Assembly (NCBI GenBank): GCA_963805705.1
Contig: CAWDVH010000001.1
Coordinates: 2,829,198 to 2,893,197, forward strand
DNA length: 64,000 nt
Direction: 5' to 3'
DNA from: an uncultured Actinomycetota bacterium
GTDB taxonomy: Bacteria; Actinomycetota; Actinomycetes; Streptosporangiales; Streptosporangiaceae
The translations under genes were made by a program, and so were the position numbers. This document shows, piece after piece, positions 52,476-63,017 of this stretch. The notes beneath the pieces were generated by a model. It was given only the letters and a program-made list of their open reading frames with translations, was not told the DNA's origin and searched no databases. Every line of letters begins with the position of its first letter. Positions within the stretch are counted from its first letter, which is position 1.

Positions 52476-53248
52476 CTGGCCACCCGGTGCGGGCGCTGCA
52501 CCGCGAAGGCGCATACGCCGGCTACCAGAAGCACGAGCGCGGGCAGCAGCACACCGGGAAGGCTGGTCAGGCGCCACTGACCGGGAGTGGGATTCCAGCC
52601 GAGCCGGAACAGGATGTTCTCCACGTTATACAGGCTCGCCAGCAGCGCGGCTGCGGTGTAGATCGCGGCGATAACGGCCAGGGCCTGGCTCCTCTCGGCC
52701 CGGGCGAGCACCCAGAAGCCGACGGCGATGATCAGGAACGGGAACGTGCCCCGCAGGACCAGGTCGCCTGGCCAGAGGACCTGCAGCCAGCGCAGCCCCC
52801 CCGCCTGCGACAGCGGCGGCAGCAGGAAGGCCAGAACGGTCAGGACCGCGCTGGTGATGATGTATCCGCGGGCCGGAGTCGCCAGGCCGACCTGGCGCGC
52901 ATGGCGCCGGTACCACAGCAGCGTCAGCAGCAGCCCGGCGAACAGCGCGGTCAGCCAGTAGTACCCCAGGTACCTGCTGGTGAGGAGGCCATGGAATCCG
53001 CCCAGCAACGGCATCGACGGCCCGGGCACAGCGGCGACCGGCCCGGACCCCGCGGCCACGCTGGGCTGGATATAGAACGGGACGGACGCGCAGATGAGTA
53101 CCCCGAACAGCACCAGCGGGAACCAGTAGGCATGGCGCGCCACTCTCGCACGGCGGCGTAGCAGCCTCATCTCCCCGAGCAGGCCGGCCGGCTCGGGGAC
53201 GGCAGCCGATCCCTGGCCTGACGCAGGTACCGGTATCTCCTCTTCCAC
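52472..53248 (-). CDS. Polytopic membrane protein of unknown function (module 2 partner, paralog of 36043..36837)
   Basis: Shared motifs AYWFPLVLFGVLICASVPFY, LGYYWLTAL, LWYRRHARQVGLATPARGYIITS and about 6 TM helices. Confidence 0.6.
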   Translation of the reverse strand: MEEEIPVPASGQGSAAVPEPAGLLGEMRLLRRRARVARHAYWFPLVLFGVLICASVPFYIQPSVAAGSGPVAAVPGPSMPLLGGFHGLLTSRYLGYYWLTALFAGLLLTLLWYRRHARQVGLATPARGYIITSAVLTVLAFLLPPLSQAGGLRWLQVLWPGDLVLRGTFPFLIIAVGFWVLARAERSQALAVIAAIYTAAALLASLYNVENILFRLGWNPTPGQWRLTSLPGVLLPALVLLVAGVCAFAVQRPHRVAR

Positions 53249-53528
53249 CGGTTACCTCCCTCTGCTGGAGCCTCACGACCGCGCGGGTCCTGCTGGCAGC
53301 GGCGGCGCCCCGTATCCGGCGGCCGTCGGCTGCTGCCAATAACTTTGCATTGCCAACTAAATTTGTCAAGGACGCCCGAGCGTAGCCTCGCGTCACGACC
53401 CGGCGCGGCGCCTGTCCGTGCTAGCACGCACCCGGACTCTGGTACTGCCACCGATGTAAACCCAGCCCGCACCCGGCAATGTCGAATCAGGGCGAGGTTC
53501 GCCCCGATCGCAAGGCGGGGGCTTCACG

Positions 53529-54311
53529 ATGGACACCACCACACCTGACACCAGCACAGCGGCGGCCGCGGCGCGGTTCCGGTGCATCGCGCTGGCGGTG
53601 GCCCTGGTGGCCGGGCCGTGGGGTTTCGTCGTGGCGAACGGGATCTACGCGTGGATGACGCGCCATGGCGGAAACGACTTGACGGGCGCCAGCGCACTGG
53701 CGCTCGCCGGCGCCCACCAGGGCGCCTACCGCTTCTCGATGGTCACGGCCATGCTCGGCTCGATGCTCATGGTGCCAGCCGCGATCGGGGCCATGCGCCT
53801 CACTCGATACCGGGCCGCCTGGCTGGGACTCGCCGGCGGCGTGCTCGTCGCGGCCGGCTACATCTGCTACTTCGCGATGGTCATGTCGGACAGGATCACC
53901 TTGGCGATGGCCGCGCACGGCGGTCATCTGGCCGACTACGCCAGGGTGCTCGATGACAGTCTCAACGGCGCGTCGGTGGTGTGGGTCTACCTCACCTTCC
54001 TGATCGGCAATATCGTCGGGGCCTTCCTGCTGGGCCTGGCGTTGCTGCGCAGTCGATCCGTGCCGGCCTGGGCTGGCTGGGGCGTGATGGGATGGCCGAT
54101 CCTGCACGTCATCGGCATCGTGCTGGGCACCGAGTGGTTCGAGGTGGCCGGCGCGCTGGCGCAGGCGCTCGGATTCGCCGGCGTCGCGATCTACCTGTTG
54201 CGACAGCCCCGGGCAGCCGAGGCCAGCCCGGTCGTGGTCCGGCTTCCCCGCCAGGCAACGCCCGGCGTGATGCCCGTCACCCAGCGCCAGACCACAAGCC
54301 ACGGCTCGTGA
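53529..54311 (+). CDS. Hypothetical polytopic membrane protein
   Basis: 260 aa, about 6 predicted TM helices, no recognised motif. Confidence 0.5.
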   Translation: MDTTTPDTSTAAAAARFRCIALAVALVAGPWGFVVANGIYAWMTRHGGNDLTGASALALAGAHQGAYRFSMVTAMLGSMLMVPAAIGAMRLTRYRAAWLGLAGGVLVAAGYICYFAMVMSDRITLAMAAHGGHLADYARVLDDSLNGASVVWVYLTFLIGNIVGAFLLGLALLRSRSVPAWAGWGVMGWPILHVIGIVLGTEWFEVAGALAQALGFAGVAIYLLRQPRAAEASPVVVRLPRQATPGVMPVTQRQTTSHGS

Positions 54312-54420
54312 CTGACGTTTCGATCTAGCCCACTCCCACCGGCAAAGCGGCATTTCAGCCGATCCGTGGCGACGGCTTACGCCCGGAATCCGAAGCGACT
54401 GGGGAAGGAGCCGTGCCGCC

Positions 54421-55821
54421 ATGAGATCACCAGGAACCAGGCCGGCCTGCCTCAGGATCGCGGCTGTGCTGTGCGCGGTGCTGGTGGTCAGTGGCTCAGC
54501 TGCCGTCAGTGAAGGCGCGCCGTTCATGTGGCCGTGCCAGTCGGGCCTGAGCGAGCAGTCCGATGCCCACTTCGTGGTGTGGGCCTGCCAGGACGGCAGC
54601 GGCGCGCGGTCCGCGGAGTCTGCCGCCCTGGGCGTGGCCGCGGCCCTCTACGGCCGGATGACGGCCCTGATGGGCAGGCCGCTGCCCGATTCCGGCGGTA
54701 TCGCCGGGGGCGGGGACACCCGCATCGATGTGTACCTGCTCGGCGGCGGGCAGAGCCTGACCCGCCACGGCCTGACCAGCGGCCTGGGCGGCGCTGACAT
54801 GGCGGCCGCCATGTTCGATACCCGGCACGGGACGGCCAGCAGCGCCTACCTGCTGCTGGACCGGTCCCGTGCCCGGATCGGGCAGTTCAGATCGGACGTT
54901 GCGCACGAGCTGTTTCACCTGCTCGCCGACCGGTACAGTACCGGCTGGTGCGACGGCCGTCAGTACTGGTTCACCGAGGCCTCAGCGGTGTGGGCCGAGT
55001 CGATGTTCGCTCCCGGCTTCGCCGGCACTGAGGTGTACAGCCGGTTCACCTCCGACTTCCAGCCGCACCCCGGGCTGTCGTTGCTGGCCACCGGCCATGA
55101 CCATGCGTACGCGTCGTTCATCTGGCCGTACTTCATGCAGCAGGAAGAAGGCGCCGGCAGCATCGCCCGTGCCTGGAAGGCCATGACCGGGCTGACCAGC
55201 TGCGCCGCCATGACCGCGGCCGTGAGCGCCCAGCTGCCCTTCAGCCGCCACTTCGGTGACTTCGCGGTCCGCAACCTCGGCGACCGGCCGCCCGCCAGGA
55301 CCAGCGCCGCCTCGCCGGTCACGACTGGCCTCGGTCCCCGCTACCAGCAACTGCACCGCGACTTCCCCCAGCACCCGCTGGCCATCAGCCCTCAGCCGCC
55401 GGCCCCGGCCGCGCCGCGCACCCGGACGGTGAAAATATCCATCAGCCCCCTCGCCACCCGGTACGACCACTACCAGGTGCGCTGCCCGGCGGAAGAAACA
55501 GACCTCAGCTTCTCCGGCATCAGCAACCGCAGCAGGCTCGACATCAACGCGATCATCACCGACAACGGCCACACCCGGCCGTACCACCGCATCCGGATCA
55601 CGGGCGGCCAGTTCCCCATCTGCTCCCTCGCCGCCGGTTCCGGCTCGGCGGATATCTACCTCGTCCTGGCCAACCACGACGACCAGCCGGGCCACACCAT
55701 CACCGGCACCTACACCATGACAACACAGACAAGCGGGCGAAACGGCATCAGGCTCGCGCGAGCGCATAGTGCGGCGCTGTTTCCGGACGGACTTAGCGAT
55801 GCAGGTCTTCCTGGAGACTGA
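54421..55821 (+). CDS. Secreted protein with an HExxH zinc-metalloprotease motif
   Basis: Signal peptide (MRSPGTRPACLRIAAVLCAVLVVSGSAAVSEG) and VAHELFHLL. There is a Pro/Ala-rich linker before the C-terminal domain. Confidence 0.55.
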   Translation: MRSPGTRPACLRIAAVLCAVLVVSGSAAVSEGAPFMWPCQSGLSEQSDAHFVVWACQDGSGARSAESAALGVAAALYGRMTALMGRPLPDSGGIAGGGDTRIDVYLLGGGQSLTRHGLTSGLGGADMAAAMFDTRHGTASSAYLLLDRSRARIGQFRSDVAHELFHLLADRYSTGWCDGRQYWFTEASAVWAESMFAPGFAGTEVYSRFTSDFQPHPGLSLLATGHDHAYASFIWPYFMQQEEGAGSIARAWKAMTGLTSCAAMTAAVSAQLPFSRHFGDFAVRNLGDRPPARTSAASPVTTGLGPRYQQLHRDFPQHPLAISPQPPAPAAPRTRTVKISISPLATRYDHYQVRCPAEETDLSFSGISNRSRLDINAIITDNGHTRPYHRIRITGGQFPICSLAAGSGSADIYLVLANHDDQPGHTITGTYTMTTQTSGRNGIRLARAHSAALFPDGLSDAGLPGD

Positions 55822-55965
55822 GCGCCTGGTGCTGCTCCGGTTCACCATGGCCGATGTGGACAACCTGGCTGGCCTGACCGGGTAGCGCTACGGGATGCCG
55901 GGAGCGTTCAGGAACCCTCTGCAAACGTTCAGCGATTCTTCAGGAACGAACGCTACTTTCCTGGC

Positions 55966-56340
55966 ATGGACGAATTCCGGGCCCGCCGGGTGGTCGACTC
56001 CCTTCGTGACCGTGGCGTCAATGCTCACCTGCTCCGCGGCGGCGTCGGCCAGTTCGGCGTCCGCGTGTCGCTGCCCGGCGGCCGCGAAGCCGAGTGGGAC
56101 ACCGACGGCACGGTCGGCCTTGAAGCCCAGGTCATGCGCGACGGCATGCTGGTCGGCTACGTTCCCCGGATCGAAGGTTCCGAGGACTTTGACGAGTCCC
56201 GCGTCGTTGACGCCATCGTCCGCACCGACTACGACCAGCCCGCCGCCCGTCAGCGCACCGTCGCGCCTGCACCTGCCCCCGCCCTGACCCGCGAAGGCGG
56301 CGTCTTCCGCCGTTTCCTCGACGGCTTCCGCTACCGGTAA
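55966..56340 (+). CDS. Hypothetical protein
   Basis: 124-aa ORF in an otherwise empty interval. Codon bias is consistent; no motifs. Confidence 0.35.
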   Translation: MDEFRARRVVDSLRDRGVNAHLLRGGVGQFGVRVSLPGGREAEWDTDGTVGLEAQVMRDGMLVGYVPRIEGSEDFDESRVVDAIVRTDYDQPAARQRTVAPAPAPALTREGGVFRRFLDGFRYR

Positions 56341-56523
56341 CCGCGCTCCGCGGCCCGGCGGGAAGGTGCGGACGGCCGGTAGCAGGCGGTCAAGCGGCGA
56401 TGGCGGCAGCGGATAATCCGTCGCTAGCAGCGGCCAGCGGCCTCCCCGGCTGGCCCGCAGGACGGCGTGTCGTCATCACGGCCGGCCCGCTACGTGAGGG
56501 GCTCGCGGGCCCGAGGCGGCGGG

Positions 56524-56847
56524 TCAGCGGGGCTGGATCTCGCCCATCGGGCCGAAGCCGTCATGCGGGGTGTCGATGTAGATGATCTGCGGCTGCGCCG
56601 ACACCAGATCGGGCGCGGTGTCGAAGAACTTCTTCACGTACGGCTGCTGGACGTGGGCGGCGCCGGCGTCGGCGTCCTTGAAGCCCTCGATGCAGATGAA
56701 CTGGTTCTCATCGGCCAGGCTGCGGGCGAACTGGAAGAACAGGCAGCCTTCCTCGGAGTTGACGTCCCTGGCGTAGGAATCGGCCAGAGCCAGCCACTGG
56801 TCCATCTGGCCGGGCCGGATCTGCATCGTGATGTTGATCAGGATCAT
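56524..56847 (-). CDS. ABM-domain (antibiotic biosynthesis monooxygenase-like) protein
   Basis: 107 aa; MILINITMQIRPGQ...EGCLFFQF...ENQFICIEGFKD..A...H fits the ferredoxin-like ABM fold pattern. Confidence 0.65.
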   Translation of the reverse strand: MILINITMQIRPGQMDQWLALADSYARDVNSEEGCLFFQFARSLADENQFICIEGFKDADAGAAHVQQPYVKKFFDTAPDLVSAQPQIIYIDTPHDGFGPMGEIQPR

Positions 56848-57068
56848 GCGGACCGCTCCTTTGAGGTGACTGTCATCCTCATCGTGGCGGGATCACCGGC
56901 GACCCGTCAACCGCAGCGATGCCCGGCCTGCCGGCTTGGCCGGCCTGATGTACGGCAGCCTGCCTTCCGGATGATGCCGGTCGATCCCTGGCCCCGGCCG
57001 GTAGCGGGGGACATCGCCTGTCGTGCTGACCGCGCCCTGGCCGGGGACCGCCGCTAGACTCGGCTCCG

Positions 57069-57569
57069 ATGATCGCGGTGGTGGCCGGTGTCTCGGGCAG
57101 CGGCAAGTCAACAATCGGTGCCATGCTCGCTGGCCGGCTGGGCTGGACCTTCGCTGATGGCGATTCCTTTCATTCCGCCGCCAACATCGCGACGATGCTG
57201 GCAGGCGTGCCGCTGACCGACGCCGACCGCCGGCCCTGGCTGGCCGCGATCACGGCGTGGATGGATGACCAGATCGCCGCGGGCAAGTCCGCCGTCGTAG
57301 CGTGCTCGGCCCTGAAGCGGGCCTACCGGCAGGAGCTTGTCCACGGGCAGCCGGAGATACGGCTGGTTGTCCTGCAGATCAGCCATGACACCGTCGTGAA
57401 GCGCCTCATCGCCAGGCACGGCCACTTCTTCCCGCGGCAGCTTCTCGACAGCCAGTTTGCTGATCTGGAGAGTCCTGGCCCAGCCGAGGGAGCACTGGTG
57501 GTCTCCGCTGAAGCCGAGCCCGCGGAGATCGTGGCCGAGATCATGCGCGGCCTCCATCTGCCGGGCTGA
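57069..57569 (+). CDS. Gluconokinase-like P-loop kinase (GntK/shikimate kinase family)
   Basis: Walker A VAGVSGSGKST, FADGDSFHS and SALKRAYR motifs as in thermoresistant gluconokinase. Confidence 0.8.
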   Translation: MIAVVAGVSGSGKSTIGAMLAGRLGWTFADGDSFHSAANIATMLAGVPLTDADRRPWLAAITAWMDDQIAAGKSAVVACSALKRAYRQELVHGQPEIRLVVLQISHDTVVKRLIARHGHFFPRQLLDSQFADLESPGPAEGALVVSAEAEPAEIVAEIMRGLHLPG

Positions 57570-57748
57570 CGCGGCAGTACCAGAGGCGCGCGGGAGGCGG
57601 CCGGCTCCCTGCACTTGCGGCCGGCTCCCTGCACCTGGATATGGTCAGTGAGATCATTACCGCCACAGCCTGGCCAGCTTGCGCGTCATCGGGTGTATGG
57701 GACATTCACTCCGAAATCTGTGAAATGGCCGCGAAGGAGGGCCGATCA

Positions 57749-58576
57749 GTGTCAGCTGACAAGATGGCGGAAACTGGCCCGCGCCCGGGTGACCCGGCGC
57801 CATTCGACACGAGCGTGGCGCGCGACGCCCGGCTGTATGACTACGGGCTGGGCGGGAAGGACAACTTCGCCGCCGACCGGGCTGCCGCCCACCAGGTTCT
57901 CGCTGCCTTCCCCGAGGTTGCCTCCGGTCTGCGGGCCAACCGGGCCTTCATCGGGCGCACGGTGCGATACCTCGCGGTGGAGGCGGGCGTCCGCCAGTTC
58001 CTGGACATCGGCATGGGCCTGCCCGCGGTGAACAACACCCATGAGGTCGCCCAGGCGGTGGCGCCGGAATCCCGGATCGTGTACGTGGACAACGACCCGG
58101 TCGTGATGGCCCACGCCCGCGCGCTGATGACCAGCGGCCCGGCCGGCGCCGTCGGTTACATCGAGGCCGACCTGCGCGAGCCCGGCACGATCATCGAAGG
58201 CGCCGCGCAGACGCTGGACTTCAGCCAGCCGGTCGCCGTGCTGCTGATGGCGGTGCTGCATCTCATCGGGGGCGATGACGACCCGTACCGCATCGTGGCC
58301 GAGCTGCTGGACGCGGTGCCGCCGGGCAGTTACCTGGCCATCTCCCATCCGGCCACCGACATCGAGGCCGAGTCGATGGCCAAGATGGCGGACATCCTTA
58401 ACCGCCTGCTGGCAGCAGAAGTTACCTTCCGCGACCAGGCCGCGGTGGCCCGGTTCTTCGACGGCCTGGAGCTAGTGGAGCCCGGCGTAGCCAGGGTGCA
58501 GCAGTGGCGGCCCGACGCCGCGGCCGAGGCCACCAGTCCGGCTGCGCTGTGGGGCGGCGTGGCGCGCAAGCCGTAG
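57749..58576 (+). CDS. SAM-dependent methyltransferase, DUF574/SAM_MT family
   Basis: Start GTG 57749, 7 nt after AAGGAGGG. LYDYGLGGKDNFAADR, AGVRQFLDIGMGLP and VYVDNDPVV motifs of PF04672. Confidence 0.8.
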   Translation: MSADKMAETGPRPGDPAPFDTSVARDARLYDYGLGGKDNFAADRAAAHQVLAAFPEVASGLRANRAFIGRTVRYLAVEAGVRQFLDIGMGLPAVNNTHEVAQAVAPESRIVYVDNDPVVMAHARALMTSGPAGAVGYIEADLREPGTIIEGAAQTLDFSQPVAVLLMAVLHLIGGDDDPYRIVAELLDAVPPGSYLAISHPATDIEAESMAKMADILNRLLAAEVTFRDQAAVARFFDGLELVEPGVARVQQWRPDAAAEATSPAALWGGVARKP

Positions 58577-58615
58577 AGCCTGCGCGTAGTCTGGCCCGAT
58601 CCGGCCCGGTGCGTC

Positions 58616-59442
58616 GTGGAGGAGTCAGTGCCAGCGGACAGTGTCACAGCCAACGGGCCGGGCACGGCCGGCCGGGCGCCCTTTGATCCCAGCGTGGCGC
58701 ATCCCGCGCGGGTATATGACTACGGGCTGGGCGGCAAGGATAATTTCGCCGCCGACCGGGCCGCGGGCGACCTGGTCGCGGAGGCCTATCCCGGCATCGT
58801 CGCCTCGGTGCGGGCCACCAGGCATTTCCTGCGGCGGGCGGTGCGCTACCTGGCCGATGAGGCGGGCGTCCGCCAGTTCCTGGATATCGGCGTGGGCCTG
58901 CCCGCCGCTGACAGTACGCACGAGATCGCCCAGGCGGTGGCACCGGAGTCCCGGATAATGACCCGGTCGTGGTCGCTCATGCCCGCGCGCTGCTGGTCAG
59001 TGCGCCCGCGGGTGCCACCGCGCACCTCCTGGCCGACCTGCGCGAGCCGGCCCGGATCATCGAAGGCGCGGCGCAGGCACTGGACCTCAGCCGGCCGGTG
59101 GCCGTCATACTGAACGCCGTGCTGCAGAATGTCCCCGACGATGGCCAGGCGTACGGTGCCGTGGCCGAGCTGAGGGACGCCGTGCCGCCGGGCAGCTACC
59201 TGGTTATCTCCCATCCGGCCAGCGACATTGATGGGGAGTCGATGGCCAGGCTGGCCGAAATTCTCAACCGGCTGACGGGCCAGGAGGGCTCGCCTCGTGA
59301 TCAGGCCGGGGTGACCCGTTTCTTCGGGGGCCTGGAGCTGGTGGAGCCGGGCGTGGTGCCGGCCGAGCAGTGGCACCCCGGCCGCCAGGCCGGGGCGGCC
59401 GTCCCGGCCGGGCTGTGGGCCGGCGTCGCGCGCAAGCCATAG
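58616..59442 (+). pseudogene. Tandem paralog of the DUF574 methyltransferase, disrupted by a 13-bp deletion near 58957
   Basis: ORFs 58616..59113 and 58969..59442 cover the N- and C-terminal parts in different frames. An alignment to 58070-58110 shows that cgtgtacgtggac is missing. Confidence 0.7.
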
Positions 59443-59458
59443 CGCCTGGTCGCAAACG

Positions 59459-60328
59459 CTACGCGAGGCCGGCCAGGATGCCGCGCAAGATGTCAGCGGT
59501 ACGTTCTGGCGGCTCGGCTTCGACGCTCAGCCGCTCCATTACCTCGCTGTACCGCTCCGCATCCTCGCGCTTATCGAGGTAGAGCGCGCTCGTCAGCTGC
59601 TCCAGGTAGACCACGTCCGGCAGGCCGGTCTCGGGGAAGCGCAAGATGGTGAACGCACCGCTCTCCGCCGCGTGGCCGCCCGACCGGAACGGCATGACCT
59701 GCAGCGTGATGCGGGCGTTCTGCGTGGTCTCGATCAGCTGCTCGAGCTGAGCCCGGATCACGGCCTGCCCGCCGATGGGACGCCGCAGCGCCGCCTCATC
59801 CACGACGGCCCACAGCCGCGGGCCGTCCTGCTTGGCCAGCAGCTCCTGCCGTGTCATCCGGATGCTGAGCCGGCGCTCTACCTCCTCCTCGGGCGCGCCT
59901 GGCTGGCCGAGGCTGATGACGGCCCGCGCGTAGTCGGCCGTCTGGAGCAGGCCAGGCACGAACTGCACCTCATAGACGCGCAGCAGGGACGCGGCCTCCT
60001 CCAGGCCCACGTAGGTCTGAAACCAGTCGGGGAGCACGTCGGTGTGCTTGTGCCACCAGCCGGGCGCATTGGCCTCGCGGGCCAGGGCCACGAGCGCGTC
60101 ACGCTCGGCGTCCTCCCCGACGCCGTACATCTCCAGGAGATCCACGACATCGCGTTCCTTGAAGCCGACCCGCCCGAGTTCCATCCGGCTGATCTTGGAT
60201 TCCGAGGCCCTGATCCGGTAGCCCGCATCCTCGCGGGTGATGCCGCTGGCCTCGCGCATCTTCCGCAGCTGGGACCCGAGCAGGATACGCCGAACGGTCG
60301 GACTGCTGCCTGGCTCGGCAGAGATCAC
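59459..60328 (-). CDS. XRE-family HTH regulator with a DUF5753 C-terminal domain (Scr1-like)
   Basis: LGSQLRKMREASGITREDAGYRIRASESKISRMELG HTH and an actinobacterial DUF5753 tail. Confidence 0.8.
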   Translation of the reverse strand: MISAEPGSSPTVRRILLGSQLRKMREASGITREDAGYRIRASESKISRMELGRVGFKERDVVDLLEMYGVGEDAERDALVALAREANAPGWWHKHTDVLPDWFQTYVGLEEAASLLRVYEVQFVPGLLQTADYARAVISLGQPGAPEEEVERRLSIRMTRQELLAKQDGPRLWAVVDEAALRRPIGGQAVIRAQLEQLIETTQNARITLQVMPFRSGGHAAESGAFTILRFPETGLPDVVYLEQLTSALYLDKREDAERYSEVMERLSVEAEPPERTADILRGILAGLA

Positions 60329-60679
60329 GTCACCCCCCCGGGCTGCGATCCAGGTGCCAGATCCCGTACGCCGACGTCCCCGTGACCCGGTTGTACATTC
60401 ACGATTTCAGGCTGCATATGCATCGAGGCGTGCAATTGCAAGGTACATAGTGAATGGTATCGATGGCAATAGCATGAGAACGTTTGTTCCCTGGGCATGC
60501 GGCATGCGGGACCGGCAGCGGGCATGGCGTGCTGCCCGCTCGGCGGATGCCGGGGAGCACCCGATTCGCCGACCTTACTACGTCATGCTCTCCGAGCCGA
60601 GGTGCTTTGCCGCCGATCCGGGGGCCGATGTCCATGTCCGGGCTGATTTCGGCGCCTAAGCGAGGAGCGGGCGCCTGCG

Positions 60680-60916
60680 TCAGGCCAGCAAGTCGTCAAA
60701 GTCGCCGTCCTTGGCACCGCGGATAAACGCGTCGATCTCCGCCTGCGTATACACGAGGGCCGGGCCGCCTGGATGCCGGGAGTTGCGGACCGCGTATGTC
60801 CCGCCGGGCAGGCTGGCGAGTTCCACGCAGGTTCCCTGCGAATTGCTGCGGCGGCTTTTCCGCCAGGTCACGTCGGGCAGGTCGCTGGCGGGCATCCCGT
60901 TGTGTGCGCTGTGCAT
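60680..60916 (-). CDS. DUF397 domain protein (usual partner of XRE/DUF5753 regulators)
   Basis: WRKSRRSNSQGTCVELA...VRNSRHPGGPALVYT matches the DUF397 consensus. Confidence 0.8.
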   Translation of the reverse strand: MHSAHNGMPASDLPDVTWRKSRRSNSQGTCVELASLPGGTYAVRNSRHPGGPALVYTQAEIDAFIRGAKDGDFDDLLA

Positions 60917-61354
60917 CGTGTCCCCTTGAGGCTTCGCCGGACGGGTGATGTCAGGTCTGCGTGTGCTGATGATGCCTGATTGGCCGTGCAGGCCGCCGGC
61001 CTGAGCCCAGCAGCGGGCCGCTGCGGCAACCGGCCGGCTACGGGGGCAGCCGGCCGGCTACTGCTGCGGGGTCCGGCCGACTGCACGTACTCCACGATAG
61101 CGTGATGCACATGCATTTGCACGAGCATTTCGGCCTACATCGGCACGTGCATCCGCACGTACGATCGCTGGGCCGGTGCCGGGGGCGGGCATGTCACCGG
61201 CGGGGCGCCGGCCCGTTCCCTTGATCATCACCCGCGCCGGGTGAGTACGCCCCGGCCTGCCCTAGACTTGGCGCGCCGTAGCCGACAGTGACTATCCATG
61301 CCCGGGCCGCGCGAGCCGGCTGCCCGGGCGGGGACCGCGAGGAGTGACCCCGCC

Positions 61355-62860
61355 GTGAAGACCGACGTCGAAGAGCTGAGCCCAACCCGAGTGCGGCTCA
61401 CCATCGAGGTTCCGTTCGAAGAGCTCAAGCCGAGCGTCGACCAGGCGTACCGCGAGGTCGCCCGCCAGGTCCGGATCCCCGGCTTCCGGCCAGGGCGCAT
61501 CCCGCCGCGGGTCATCGACCAGCGCGTAGGCCGCGGTGCCGTGCTGGAGCAGGCGGTGAACGAGGCCGTGCCGCAGCTGTACGGCCAGGCCCTGGCCGAG
61601 CATGAGGTCTTCGCGCTCGGCCAGCCAGAGCTGGAGATCACCAAGCTGGACGACGGCAAGGAACTGACGTTCACCGCCGAGGTCGACGTCCGGCCCAGCT
61701 TCGAGATCCCTGACCTCGATGGCATGCCGGTGACCGTCGACGACGCCGAGGTCACCCCCGATCAGGTCGAGGAGTACCTGGGCGCGCTGCGGGAGCGGTT
61801 CGCCTCCCTGAAGGGAGCCGACCGCCCGGCGGACACCGGTGACTTCGTCTCGGTCGACCTGGCCGCGGCGGTCGACGGCAGCCCGGTCGAGGACGCGCAG
61901 GCGAGCGGGATCTCCTACGAGGTCGGCAGCGGCTCCATGCTCGACGGTCTCGACGAGGCCCTGGCGGGGATGTCCGCCGGCGAGACGAAGATATTCCCGG
62001 CTGAGCTGGCCGGCGGCAAGCTCGCGGGCATGACCGCGGATGTCAGCGTCACCGTCAACAGCGTCAAGGTCAAGGAGCTGCCGGAGCTGGACGATGATTT
62101 CGCCCAGTCAGCCAGCGAGTTCGACACCATCGGTGAGCTGCGCGCCGGTACCAGGAAGCAGCTTCAGTCGATGCGCCAGGCCGGGCAGGCCGGCCAGGCG
62201 CGAGAGCGCGCCCTGGACGCCCTGCTGGACCGGGTCGAGATCCCGCTGCCCGAGCGGGTCATCGACCAGGAGATATCAGGCCGCTGGCAGGCGCTCGCCG
62301 AGCGGCTGGAACGCTCGGACACCACCATGGAGGCTTATCTCGAGGGAACGGGCCTGACCAGCGATGAGCTCCAGGAGGACTTCGCGCGGGACGCCCGCAG
62401 GTCGGTCAAGGCCGGATTCATCCTGGACAAGCTGGCCGCCAGGGAGGAGTTCGGCGTGGAGGAAGCTGACCTGAACTCCTACGTGACCGAGCAGGCCTAC
62501 CGGCTCCAGGTGCCGCCGGAGCAGCTCGCGCGGCAGCTGACCGACCGCGGCCAGCTCGGCGCGGTCGTGGCGGACGTGCTGCGTTCCAAGGCGCTGAGCT
62601 TTGTCGCCGAGCACGCGAAGGTGACTGACGAGTCCGGCCGCGATGTCGACCTGACGCAGGCGCTGCCGGACGAGGACGCCGACGAGGACGCCGACGCCGT
62701 CGCATCGGCCGGGGCCGCCGCTGCCGCCGAGCCGGGCGGGGTCGCCGAGCCGGGAGGCACCGCTGAGCCGGTGGGCACCGCTGAGCCGGGAGGCACCGCC
62801 GAGCCGGGGGAATCAGCCGACGCGGGGGATTCCCCCGGAGGTCAGCAGGATCCATCGTGA
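61355..62860 (+). CDS. tig: Trigger factor (ribosome-associated PPIase chaperone) with an acidic repeat tail
   Basis: GTG start at 61355 after GAGGAG; the ORF opens at 61298. N-terminus VKTDVEELSPTRVRLTIEVPFEELKP. The C-terminus carries (AEPGGT)n encoded by 18-nt repeats. Confidence 0.9.
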   Translation: MKTDVEELSPTRVRLTIEVPFEELKPSVDQAYREVARQVRIPGFRPGRIPPRVIDQRVGRGAVLEQAVNEAVPQLYGQALAEHEVFALGQPELEITKLDDGKELTFTAEVDVRPSFEIPDLDGMPVTVDDAEVTPDQVEEYLGALRERFASLKGADRPADTGDFVSVDLAAAVDGSPVEDAQASGISYEVGSGSMLDGLDEALAGMSAGETKIFPAELAGGKLAGMTADVSVTVNSVKVKELPELDDDFAQSASEFDTIGELRAGTRKQLQSMRQAGQAGQARERALDALLDRVEIPLPERVIDQEISGRWQALAERLERSDTTMEAYLEGTGLTSDELQEDFARDARRSVKAGFILDKLAAREEFGVEEADLNSYVTEQAYRLQVPPEQLARQLTDRGQLGAVVADVLRSKALSFVAEHAKVTDESGRDVDLTQALPDEDADEDADAVASAGAAAAAEPGGVAEPGGTAEPVGTAEPGGTAEPGESADAGDSPGGQQDPS

Positions 62861-63017
62861 CCCGGCGGCCCGCTGTCGGGAAAGTCCCCACTGACCCTGC
62901 GCCCACAGCGAACAGGCGCTAGCGGCGGACTTACCGGCGCGGCCTGCGAGTTATGGTCACTGTCAACGACAAGGCGCGGAAACAAAGGCGCGGAAACAAC
63001 AGAACGAGGAGGGCACC

